From Octopus bimaculoides (taxonomy: Eukaryota), in assembly GCF_001194135.2 (NCBI RefSeq), contig NC_068994.1, forward strand, positions 51,507,354-51,542,621: 35,268 bases of DNA, written 5' to 3'. Positions within the stretch are counted from its first letter, which is position 1. Every line of letters begins with the position of its first letter. The position numbers were made by a program, and so were the translations under genes. This document shows positions 1 through 9,444 of the stretch, piece by piece. The notes below the pieces were generated by a model. It was given only the letters and a program-made list of their open reading frames with translations, was not told the origin of the DNA and did not search any database.

Positions 1-79
1 AGGAACATAAGGAGTTGGAAGAAAAGCTACTGAACATTTTGTTCACCACACCAATGATTCTGTCAGCTCGTCGTCTTAG

Positions 80-437
80 TAACAACAGGAGCATTCAGAA
101 AGCGCAAACCTCCACCAAGGCAACACCAATGACCTCTCAATGATTAGCCAGAGATGATTTTTTAAATGAGAATATTTGAAATGAACTTGATCACTTTCAC
201 AAATGAGAATACTAAAAATGAACTCAACCAATCTCAAAAATTAAGTAAAAAGAACCGGAAAAATAATCCAGAATCCTTGTCCGGTACCGGATCAATCCCA
301 AAATCTAATCAGTTCATGCCAGTCATGAGAGCAAACATCCCTGAAAGTTTCATCTGAATCCATCCAGTGGTTCTTGAGATATCTTGTCCACAGATAAACA
401 AACAAACACAACTGAAAACAATACTTCCACCTATAAA
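80..437 (+). mobile_element. Helentron/DINE-1-like non-autonomous element
   Basis: 5' AACAACAGGAGCATTCAGAAAGCGCAAACCTCCACCAAGG; internal TCCGGTACCGGATC...CCCAAAATCTAATCAGTTC; 3' TTGAGATATCTTG-CACAGATAAACAAACAAACAC...AAAACAATACTTCC. This layout is recalled from Helentron-associated elements. Confidence 0.6.
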
Positions 438-834
438 GCATCATTTTGAGCGTGGTCGATGCCAGTGCCGCATGACTGGCTCCTATGCCGGAGGCACATA
501 AAAAGCAGTATTTGAGCATGGTCGATGTCAGTGCCACCTGATTGCCTCCCATGCTGGTGGCACGTAAAAAGCACCATTCAAGTGTGGCCAATGCCAGTAC
601 CACCTGATTGGTTCCTGTGCTGGTGGAACGTAAAAAGCACCATTTGAGCATGGTCGATGCCAGTGCCGTCTGACTGGCACCCGTGCCGGTGGCACATGAA
701 ACGCACCATTCGAGCGTGATCGATGCTAGTGCCACCTGACTGGTTCCCATGCCGGTGGCATATAAAAAGCACCATTCAAGCATGGTTAATGCCAGTACCG
801 CCTGACTGGCTCTTGTGCCGGTGGCACGTAAAAA
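438..834 (+). repeat. Six tandem 66-67 bp units preceding an RTE-type tail
   Basis: Unit starts at 438, 505, 571, 637, 703, 769; consensus GCACCATTCGAGCGTGGTCGATGCCAGTGCCGCCTGACTGGCTCCCGTGCCGGTGGCACGTAAAAA. Confidence 0.95.
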
Positions 835-1003
835 ACACCCACTACACTCTTGAAGTGGTTGGCGTTAGGAAGGGCATCCAGCTGTAGAAACCTTGCCAGA
901 TCAGATTGGAGCCTGGTACAGCCTTCTGGCTTGCCAGTTCCCAGTCAAACTGTCCAACCCATGCCAGCATGGAAAGTGGACATTAAACAACGATGATGAT
1001 GAT
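835..1003 (+). mobile_element. RTE-clade (Rex3/Expander-like) LINE 3' tail
   Basis: TGGTTGGCGTTAGGAAGGGCATCCAGCTGTAGAAAC...ACCCATGCCAGCATGGAAAG...(GAT)n. The same tail occurs at 33029-33193 and is fused to RTE ORF2 sequence at ~16475-16520. Confidence 0.75.
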
Positions 1004-1097
1004 AATTCTACATAAGATAATACTCAATGAATTAAAGAAAGGCCTGTGACCAAATATCACTACTTTAGGGCTGTAGAGAAGCTCCAGTAGAGTAGAC

Positions 1098-1360
1098 CAG
1101 TGGTTCTTGCCTAGGGTCAACACGATCCTTTGTGATCCATATAAGATTTTTATGTTCAGATTTATCTGCAATAAACTGGTTTATATTTCTATAATACGCA
1201 AAATATTTAAATAATTTTCTTTTACACAATTCTTTATAATACTTAATTATAAAAATATGATAAGAATTTTTTAAAAAAATTGGATGGCTAGGAGGGCCCA
1301 CCTGAGAGAAATAGGAACTAAAGGGGCCCACAGGTAAAAAAAAAATGACAAAACAGGCTG
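1098..1360 (+). mobile_element. Degenerate hAT (Charlie-like) MITE
   Basis: Starts CAGTGGTTCTTG preceded by GTAGAC; subterminal GGGCCCA motifs; right end decayed. Confidence 0.45.
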
Positions 1361-2469
1361 ATAATGGTGATGATGATGATGATGATGAAAAAGAAGCTAT
1401 GATGGTGACAGTGATGACAACAACCTTTCATCTAGATACAGAAATAATCAAACATTAAACAACTCTGCAGCACAAAAATTATCACAGGACAGTTTAAAAA
1501 GTTGTTTATTTTAACAACTATTGGCTTGCCAAAAAAAAAACCCCACAAAAAAAAAAAACCCTCAAAGAAATGAAATAAACAAGTAAATAAATGAATAAAA
1601 AAAAAAAAGACCTCCTTCCTCCTGAGACATTCTGGAACATGAGGAGAGCCACAGTAATAAATCAATTATGTGAAGTAGCATCATAAAAGATTAGGTTAGA
1701 ATTTCCAACAGCACAGAAAACTAAAATCTAAAGAAACGGAACGGCGGCAGCCGCTGCTGAAACACTGATGCTAAAATAGACATCATACACACTAGATGAA
1801 TGGTAAATTTTATGACAACAATAACGAAGAACCAGCCATAGCTAATGTTTTGGTGGAAAGAGGAAACTACACAACACTGGTGTTGCGTTTTAAAATTTTC
1901 GTTATATCGTGTTTGAGTAGAAAATAAAACAAAACAACTAAAAAAAAAAAATGAAAAATTGTCAAATTTTGGAAGTGACATCTGTCGAAGAAAAAGGAAA
2001 AAAAAAAAAGAAAAAAACAAAGCCTTCAAAACAAAATATTGATAAATAATATTTTAATATGATTGATAAATATCGAAGCATGCGGACAGATTCCAGCATG
2101 ACGAGTATCAGATTCTCACAGAATGTGCTACATTAACGCTCCAAAGCCTGCTCTCTGTCTCCTCCTCCTTGCCATTCCACACCAGAAAATAAAGAATAAA
2201 GTTAGATAATGCATCAAAGACATTATATATAAGCTTGCGTATCTAATTTCATTGAGTTCATGTTTTTACTTGACAAAAACGTGATGGGAGTAAAGGAGTA
2301 TTCTGATGTTAAAAAAATGGCCAGAGTATTTTAATGCTAGAAAAATAACAGGAGAGTTTTGATGCTAGATTATAAGAAGAGGATTTTGATGTCCATCTAT
2401 TTGAATATATAAGCAAAAGAGGAACAGAAATCTCCCATCAGCTTGGCTATCAGAGTAAAATTATATTGA

Positions 2470-2670
2470 CTTTAAGAAACACATTCACTATTCCATTTGC
2501 TACACAGTGTGTGAGGGAATGAGTGATTGAGTAAACGGGAGAATGAGTGAGTGGATTAGTCAATGGGTGAATGAGCAAGTGGATTGGGATGAGTGGGCGG
2601 ATTGAGTAAATGGATGAAAGAGCGAGTGGATTAGCCAATGGGCGAGGAGTGAGAGTGATTGAATGAATAC
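2470..2670. repeat. Decayed (GAGT/GAAT)n tetranucleotide repeat
   Basis: Repeated GAGTGA/GAATGA/GGATTA motifs. Confidence 0.7.
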
Positions 2671-2674
2671 GTTG

Positions 2675-2820
2675 GTGTAGATATGGCTGTGTGGCTAAGA
2701 AGTTGGTTTCCCAAATACGTGGCTTTTAGGTTCAGTCCCACCTTGGGCAAAGCTCTTTTACAATAGATCCAAGACCTTGTGAGTGGATCTGATAAACTGA
2801 AACTGAAAGAAGCCTGTCAT
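2675..2820 (+). mobile_element. tRNA-derived SINE, family B (CORE-like CCTTGGGCAAG)
   Basis: TGGCTGTGTGG...AAG head, GGTTCAGTCCCAC B-box, CCTTGGGCAA, GTGAGTGGAT...GAAACTGAAAGAAGCC, then (TG)n. Confidence 0.8.
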
Positions 2821-3494
2821 GTGTGTGTGTGTGTGTGTGTGTGTGAAGGTATTCACTATACATTCATGTATGTATAAAATCATATCACTTTGGAGAGGAC
2901 ATGGAGTGGAATTGCATGTATGTTTCATATAATAATGATACATTTGTACATGTGTAAAAAAAATGTATGCATGTGTATATATATATATATATATATACCT
3001 ACATTATATAAGGTACCTGAATGTATAGTGTCACTATGAATGTATGCATATCTTGTATCTTGTGTGCGTGTAGATAAATATGCATATGTATAAAAATATG
3101 TATAAAAATACACACACAACTATATTTATATATATATAAAATGTATGTGAATGTATTTTGCACGTATAAATGTGTGTACACGTGTGCGTGTATGCGGTTA
3201 GAGGAATGTATGTGTGTACAGTCGTAAGAATGAATTACCGTAATTCTGTAATAACAAGAGTAAGCATCCCTGACAACAGTAACTAATACATCATGCACAA
3301 ATATAACAAGCAACAACAAATGCTAGCCAGCAGAAACTAAAACCTCGTTATCTTGATTAAATAATGAGCCACAACTAATTTCATTGATTTCACTCCAACA
3401 AAGCCACAAAGATGAAAATCTATACTGAATATTCACAAAGACGAGGATGGTGATGACAATGATGATGTTAACAATAACAATAATAATTCTTTCT

Positions 3495-3921
3495 AATTTT
3501 GGCACAAGGCCATTAATGGGAAGCGGGGGATGTAATTGATTACATCGCCCCCAGTGTCTGACTGGTATTTTATTTTATTGACTCACACTGTCAAGAGGAT
3601 GAAAAATGAAGCCAAGCATATTCCAAACAAGAGTCAGCTGCTGAAGCGTAAAAGAAAAAAAAAAAATCACTTCACTGCTCCCCACCCACCCCTAGCAACT
3701 ATTTACATTCTTATTTCTTTATTGCCCACAAGGGGCTAAACATAGAGAGGACAAACAAAGGGATTAAGTCGATTACATCGACCCCAGTGCCTAACTGGTA
3801 CTTATTTAATCGATCCTGAAAGGATGAAAGGATGAAAGGCTGAGTCGACCTCGGTGGAATTTGAACTCAGAACATAGTGGCAGACGAAATACTGCCAAGC
3901 ATTTCGCCTGGCATGCTAACG
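3495..3921 (-). mobile_element. Two adjacent tRNA-derived SINE copies, family A
   Basis: Reverse complement of GTTAGCATGCCAGGCGAAATGC...GTTCTGAGTTCAAATTCCACCGAGGTCGAC...CCTTTCATCCTTTC...AAGTACCAG...GGGGTCGATGTAATCGAC; a decayed second copy at ~3495-3625. Confidence 0.8.
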
Positions 3922-4034
3922 AGGTTCCAAGTAGATCCGACAATGTAGTGGTGTTCCAACGTCTTGGATGGTAATGCCGCTTCACACCAGCATGCTAGAC
4001 TACATCTGTCTTATCCCATCTTCTTCACTAATTT

Positions 4035-4243
4035 ATTCCTGTGAGGGTTGTAGGGGTAGAGTCTTCAAACATGCTTTCCATCAGGCCCTGTTAGAAGCAA
4101 CTGCCTCTAATTAATCCAGTTGGATCCCATAAGTGAGACCAACTGAGCTCATGGATGTTATTTGACCATCTTGCTTGTGGCTTACCCTTCCGTCTCCTGC
4201 TGGTTGGTTTTGTCCTTAAAACCTATCCAGTGATTCTTTCCTG
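4035..4243 (-). mobile_element. RTE/Rex3-like LINE ORF2 C-terminal fragment (frameshifted)
   Basis: Minus strand reads KPTSRRRKGKPQARWSNNIHELSWSH, then after a frameshift GIQLD*LEAVASNRA*WKACLKTLPLQPSQE*. This matches the RPRGRPRxRW...W..LP C-terminus of RTE ORF2. Confidence 0.75.
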
Positions 4244-4244
4244 G

Positions 4245-4535
4245 TGACACCTAGAAAGTTCCCTTCCAAGGCACAAGTCCAGGCAAGTTGTTTATGGAAG
4301 GCCAGCAGTGACCCATGCATACCAGCCTCCCCTCTCCATGCCACCCATGTTGTCCAAGGGAAAGGCAAAGGGGCCGATACAGCTTGGCACCAGTGACATT
4401 ACAAACCATTTTTACAGCTGAGTGAACTGGAGCAACATGAAATAAAGTGTCTTGCTCAAGAACACAACACAGCCCAGTCTAGGAACTGAACTCACTACCT
4501 CATGATTGTGAGTCTGGCACTCTAATCACTGAACT
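4245..4535 (-). mobile_element. tRNA-derived SINE, family D (CORE-like)
   Basis: Minus strand: GTGATTAGAGTGCCAGACTC...GAGGTAGTGAGTTCAGTTCC...GTGTTCTTGAGCAAGACACTTTATTTC...; paralogue at 7015-7350. Confidence 0.8.
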
Positions 4536-4548
4536 ATATATACATACA

Positions 4549-4582
<34 letters not shown>

Positions 4583-4585
<3 letters not shown>

Positions 4586-4755
4586 AGAATTCACGAAAAA
4601 ACAACAGGCGAAGACAGGTGGTGTAGAAAACAAATAGATGTATTAGTATAACGCTCGGGAATAGAGAAAGTCTTTAACGTTTCGAGCCTACGCTCTTCAA
4701 CAGAAAGAAACAAGGAGAGAAAAAAATGTGTGTAGTGGTCAGCGATCTATCATGA
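4583..4755. mobile_element. Penelope-like retroelement terminal fragment inserted in (TA)n
   Basis: Follows (TA)n; contains AACGTTTCGAGC...GCTCTTC typical of Penelope terminal repeats and a minimal hammerhead-like motif; a truncated paralogue at 33886-33970 also follows (TA)n. Confidence 0.6.
4671..4708 (-). ncRNA. Candidate minimal type I hammerhead ribozyme (variant core)
   Basis: Minus-strand RNA: UCUUU-CUGUUGA-A-GAGC(GUAG)GCUC-GAAAC-GUU-AAAGA. It has a 5-bp stem I, a 4-bp stem II and a palindromic ACGU stem III; the core deviates from CUGANGA (A6 to U). Confidence 0.45.
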
Positions 4756-4983
4756 CACACAGAAAAAAAAAAAAAAAACAACAAGATTAAGAAACAAAAC
4801 TGCTAAGCTTGTTCTTAGCAGATTCCAGACATCTTAAAGAGTTGGTCTTCAGCAACCTCTTGTTCTCTATCTCTCCATCCTCTCTTCCATTCAGTCCTCA
4901 TCCCGCAATCTCTCTCTCTCTCCAAATAAACAAACAAGAAAGTGACAAAAATGACAAGCAAAACAGGTCAAGCCGTTCCTTAC

Positions 4984-5101
4984 CAGACGTTTTTCTGTAT
5001 CTTTGGAGTTGCCTCAGTAATTTTTCGTTCTCGTTCATTTGCTGGTGGATGTCTTCCTCTATCTTTTTCAACCGGTCTCGGATGGTCTCTGGTGAATCCA
5101 T
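4984..5101 (-). CDS. MGAT1: Second coding exon (coiled-coil stem) of a MGAT1/GnT-I-like glycosyltransferase
   Basis: Acceptor TTTTCATTCCAAG|ATG; donor CTG|GTAAGG; 118 nt encoding MDSPETIRDRLKKIEEDIHQQMNENEKLLRQLQRYRKTS+G. Phase 0 in (matches previous exon), phase 1 out. Heptad helix resembles the GnT-I stem. Confidence 0.7.
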
Positions 5102-5377
5102 CTTGGAATGAAAAGAGAAGATAAAGCAAGTTCAGAAATCAACATCAAACAGACTCAACAGCAATGATGGTGATGCTACCTTAAGTCTAAAGAAAGGACA
5201 AAGAAAATATGAAATTCCTTTTTTATTAAAGAAAACCTTTAGGTTCAGTTCTGTTATTATAGCCTGGGCCCACCTGATACCGAGTGAGCGAGTGAGTGAG
5301 TGTGTATGCGTGTGTGTGTGTGTTACTGTCACCTTGCACTGACATTGCGTAAGAGTCATAAATGAGTGTAACCATCG

Positions 5378-6305
5378 TTGTTGTTGTTGGCACTCCGTTG
5401 CTTACGACGTCGAGGGTTCCAATTGATCCGATCAACGGAACAGCCTGCTCGTGAAATTAACGTGCATGTGGCTGAGCACTCCACAGACACGTGTACCCTT
5501 AACGTAGTTCTCGGGGATAGTCAGCGTGACACAGTGTGACAAGGCTGACCCTTTGAATTACAGGCACAACAGAAACAGGAAGTAAGAGTGAGAGAAAGTT
5601 GTGGTGAAAGAGTACAGCAGGGTTTGCCACCATCCCCTGCCGGAGCCTTGTGGAGCTTTAGGTGTTTTCACTCAATAAACACTCACAACGCCCGGTCTGG
5701 GAATCGAAACCGCAATCCTATGACAGCGAGTCTGCANNNNNNNNNNNNNNNNNNNNNNNNNNNNNNNNNNNNNNNNNNNNNNNNNNNNNNNNNNNNNNNN
5801 NNNNNNNNNNNNNNNNNNNNNNNNNNNNNNNNNNNNNNNNNNNNNNNNNNNNNNNNNNNNNNNNNNNNNNNNNNNNNNNNNNNNNNNNNNNNNNNNNNNN
5901 NNNNNNNNNNNNTTGTTGTTGTTGGCACTCCGTTGCTTACGACGTCGAGGGTTCCAATTGATCCGATCAACGGAACAGCCTGCTCGTGAAATTAACGTGC
6001 ATGTGGCTGAGCACTCCACAGACACGTGTACCCTTAACGTAGTTCTCGGGGATAGTCAGCGTGACACAGTGTGACAAGGCTGACCCTTTGAATTACAGGC
6101 ACAACAGAAACAGGAAGTAAGAGTGAGAGAAAGTTGTGGTGAAAGAGTACAGCAGGGTTTGCCACCATCCCCTGCCGGAGCCTTGTGGAGCTTTAGGTGT
6201 TTTCACTCAATAAACACTCACAACGCCCGGTCTGGGAATCGAAACCGCAATCCTATGACAGCGAGTCTGCAGCCCTAACCGCTGGGCCATTGCTCCTCCA
6301 CTAGC
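5378..6305 (-). mobile_element. tRNA-derived SINE, family C; young copy duplicated across an N gap
   Basis: Head GGAGGAGCAATGGCCCAGCGGTTAGGGCTGCAGACTC...GGTTTCGATTCCCAGACC at ~6225-6302; CpG-rich body; (CAA)n tail; 5378-5736 is identical to 5913-6271. Confidence 0.85.
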
Positions 6306-6753
6306 ATCCTTCGATTTCCATAGGCGAGGGTCTGCAACAGGAAGGGCATTCAGCCATAGAATATCTGCATCAACAAACTCTGTATGATCCATGCCAAGCA
6401 TGGAAAAAGGGATGTTGAAACGGAGGTTATGATGACAATGACACACAGAAAATAGCATAACTAAACACTGCACACACATGTTACATCAAGTACGCTCAGC
6501 ACGATAGAGAACACGAAACTAAAAAGGTGTTCAGCAATGCAACCAATGTACACAATAAAATAAAGACAACTGAATAACAACAACTACAACAACAATGCAT
6601 TATGCTGATTCAATATCACAGCAGAAAGGAAGCTGGGACGGGGTATTGCTTCTAAAAACAAAATCCCATTTTTTTAAAATTTTTATTTTTTATTTTTCCT
6701 GAAGCATGTATCACAACGGCAGCTCCATGATGGTAATTGCAAAGGAAGTGAAA

Positions 6754-6836
6754 TATAATCCAGGATAGACTTAGAGATTGTTAAAGATAAGGCTTAGCCT
6801 TATCTTTAACAATCTCTAAGTCCATCCTGGATTATA
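6754..6836. repeat. 83-bp near-perfect palindrome
   Basis: 41-bp arms around a single T at 6795; only mismatch is 6767/6823. Confidence 0.95.
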
Positions 6837-7014
6837 ATCGGAGAGAGAACATTTTGGTTTTACATCAAGAGAGCATGATTAATTGTCCCGCATCCCCTCC
6901 CCGCCACCCACATCAACATCACTGATTTCATAATGTTAACTGGCAGGGATGATTAAACTACATATCCTATTGATTATAAATATCAATATATATATATNNN
7001 NNNNNNNTATACAT

Positions 7015-7350
7015 AAAGGGTAAAGGTCCCTTCAGTCGGGAATGACCATGGGTTGTACTTAGAAAGTTACCCTCCAAGGCACAAATCCAGGTTGTTTTGT
7101 GGAAGACCAGCAGCTGCCCATGTATACCAGCCTCCTTTCTCCATTCCTGCCACCAATGTAATCCAGGGGAAAGGCAAAGGGGCCAATACAGCTTGGCACT
7201 AGTGATGTCGCAACTCATTTCTACAGGTGAGTGTGCTGGAGTAATGCAAAATAAACTGTCTTGCTCAAGAACACAACACATAGCCCAGTCCAGGAATTGA
7301 ACTCACTACCTCATGATTGTGAAATTGATGCTCTAACCACAGAGCCATGA
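7015..7350 (-). mobile_element. tRNA-derived SINE, family D
   Basis: Co-linear with 4245-4535 (CTTGCTCAAGAACACAACAC, GAACTCACTACCTCATGATTGTG, AAAGGCAAAGGGGCC). Confidence 0.85.
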
Positions 7351-8218
7351 TCTTCATTTCTTTCTTGACCTGACTGCCAACCGTCAACACTTCTTGTGTC
7401 CATCTCCCATGTTCCTGCCTTCAGGCTTTCACTTCATATGCGCCAGCTCAATTTGATTTGTTTCCATTGCGTTGTTGCCTTTATTGAACTCATAAAACAA
7501 AATGTGCTGAATATACTCCTTTGTCACATTCCTTATAGCTTTGAAAAAATAACTGTTAAAATCGAACTGCACTCTTCAAAACTTGCACAAAGAATAAGGA
7601 CAAGGTAAAATGACTACCTGCTCTCATAGCAACTTGATGCAGGTAGTTTATCCCATACTCTCTTTGACTTTTATTTATGGGATGACCGAATATATATATN
7701 NNNNNNNNNNNNNNNNNNNNNNNNNNNNNNNNNNNNNNNNNNNNNNNNNNNNNNNNNNNNNNNNNNNNNNNNNNNNNNNNNNNNNNNNNNNNNNNNNNNN
7801 NNNNNNNNNNNNNNNNNNNNNNNNNNNNNNNNNNNNNNNNNNNNNNNNNNNNNNNNNNNNNNNNNNNNNNNNNNNNNNNNNNNNNNNNNNNNNNNNNNNN
7901 NNNNNNNNNNNNNNNNNNNNNNNNNNNNNNNNNNNNNNNNNNNNNNNNNNNNNNNNNNNNNNNNNNNNNNNNNNNNNNNNNNNNNNNNNNNNNNNNNNNN
8001 NNNNNNNNNNNNNNNNNNNNNNNNNNNNNNNNNNNNNNNNNNNNNNNNNNNNNNNNNNNNNNNNNNNNNNNNNNNNNNNNNNNNNNNNNNNNNNNNNNNN
8101 NNNNNNNNNNNNNNNNNNNNNNNNNNNNNNNNNNNNNNNNNNNNNNNNNNNNNNNNNNNNNNNNNNNNNNNNNNNNNNNNNNNNNNNNNNNNNNNNNNNN
8201 NNNNNNNNNNNNNNNNNN

Positions 8219-8260
<42 letters not shown>

Positions 8261-8289
8261 CATGTGTGTGTGTGTGTGTATCTTTGTTT

Positions 8290-8490
8290 CTGTGTTCTGT
8301 GTTTGTCCATCACCACTGCTTGACAACCTGTGTTGGTTTGTTTACATCCCTGCATCTTAGCAGTTGGGCAAAAGAGACCGATAGAATAAGTAGTAGGCTT
8401 AAAAGAAATCTAAACTAAAATCTCTCCTAGGCGGTGCCCAACATGGCCGCAGTCTAATGACTAAAACAGGTAAAAGACAATAAAAGAAAT
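8290..8490 (+). mobile_element. SINE-like repeat, family E (3' portion)
   Basis: TGCTTGACAACC...GGCAAAAGAGACCGATAGAATAAG...CAACATGGCCGCAGTC.AATGACT.AAAC; an inverted paralogue at ~11190-11420. Confidence 0.7.
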
Positions 8491-8739
8491 GCCTTCTGCA
8501 TGAAGAACCTATAGTTAAACGCAAGGGAATGTACCTAATGTATAGAATCAAAGCAGAAGATAAAATTTACACAAAAATTAAAATTTGCATACAGTTAAAA
8601 AAAAAAGAGGAAAAAAATTTCAAAGAATTAACAGGAATTCTTTTCAAGAAAAGTAAACCAGTGTGTGTGTTGGAATATGTTACTTCATCAATCGGTATGC
8701 ATGTCCCTTAGTTTGACTGTAAGCCAATAAATCTATCTT

Positions 8740-9245
8740 CTACTGCTGTGTTAGTTTATCCATCAGTCTGTCTATTGCTTTATCATGTTAGCTATTTGCC
8801 TGTGTATCACTTTGTCAATGTATCTGTCAATCCATCTATTGGTTTCTCAAACTAGCAATTAATCTATCCAATTGATGAGAGTCCTTCTATTAGCCTATCG
8901 TGTTGTCTATCCATCGGTTTGCCTATGTTAGCTACCTGCCAACACCGTCTATTTGCCTATCTATCAATCAACGTATCAATCAATTTTTTTGTTTCCGTCT
9001 ATCTACCAGTTTGTCAGTCACGAACAATCAAGATATCACTGTCACTCTGTCTTGACAACAGCCAGCCAGTATCCCTATCAACCGACTGTAAAATCCATCT
9101 GCTCAACCAGACTCACACACGCACCCACCCATCCAGCCAGCCAGCCATCAATCCACATACTCACCCATGTCTCCACTCACCAGTCAGCTGTCAATCCATC
9201 CATCCATCCACAGGCCAAACCACTCTCAGTTAGCAACCAATACAT
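8740..9245. repeat. Decayed (CTAT/CCAT/TCAA)n tetranucleotide field
   Basis: Repeated TCTATC, CCATC and ATCAATC motifs. Confidence 0.65.
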
Positions 9246-9348
9246 CCAATTTTTTTGTTTTTAAAACTTCTTGTTTATTTTTCTTTCTATTTTTCATCTG
9301 ACAGTATGGTCAAGATGTGACCGCAAACAACAACGCAAAGAGATTTAC

Positions 9349-9444
9349 CTTTCCGTGCTGACGAGACACAAGGACGTAGTAAGTCAGGAGGTTCCATGAG
9401 AGGAACACGGTGATGACCACGCCCACCACGTGCTTATGGCGCAT
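9349..9444 (-). CDS. MGAT1: First coding exon (cytosolic tail + signal-anchor TM) of a MGAT1/GnT-I-like glycosyltransferase
   Basis: Exon 9487-9349: pyrimidine-rich acceptor TTTTGTTGCAG|, donor AAG|GTAAAT. CDS from ATG at 9444 encodes MRHKHVVGVVITVFLSWNLLTYYVLVSRQHGK (32 codons). Basic tail plus hydrophobic anchor; FLSWN resembles the vertebrate GnT-I F(V/I)(A/S)WN motif. The catalytic domain is not in the window, so the gene name is not proven. Confidence 0.7.

Noticed and set aside
292-783. 163-aa ORF with repeated STLEWCFL units (and similar ORFs at 30119-31361 and 32766-33036)
   Set aside because: These are translations of the 66-bp tandem repeat (66 is divisible by 3), with no splice or homology support.
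438-834. CRISPR-like appearance of the regularly spaced, partly palindromic repeats
   Set aside because: Units are directly tandem with no unique spacers, there are no cas genes, the context is eukaryotic, and the array is attached to a LINE tail.
1-4983. Search for the next GnT-I exon (P(I/V)LVIACxR motif, phase 1)
   Set aside because: No such exon found by eye; the catalytic exons probably lie beyond the left edge.
7556-8355. Long ORFs spanning N runs (also near 15.5-16.2k, 19.3-20.4k, 25.9-26.6k, 29.4-29.9k, 30.1-31.2k)
   Set aside because: Their length comes from X codons in assembly gaps.
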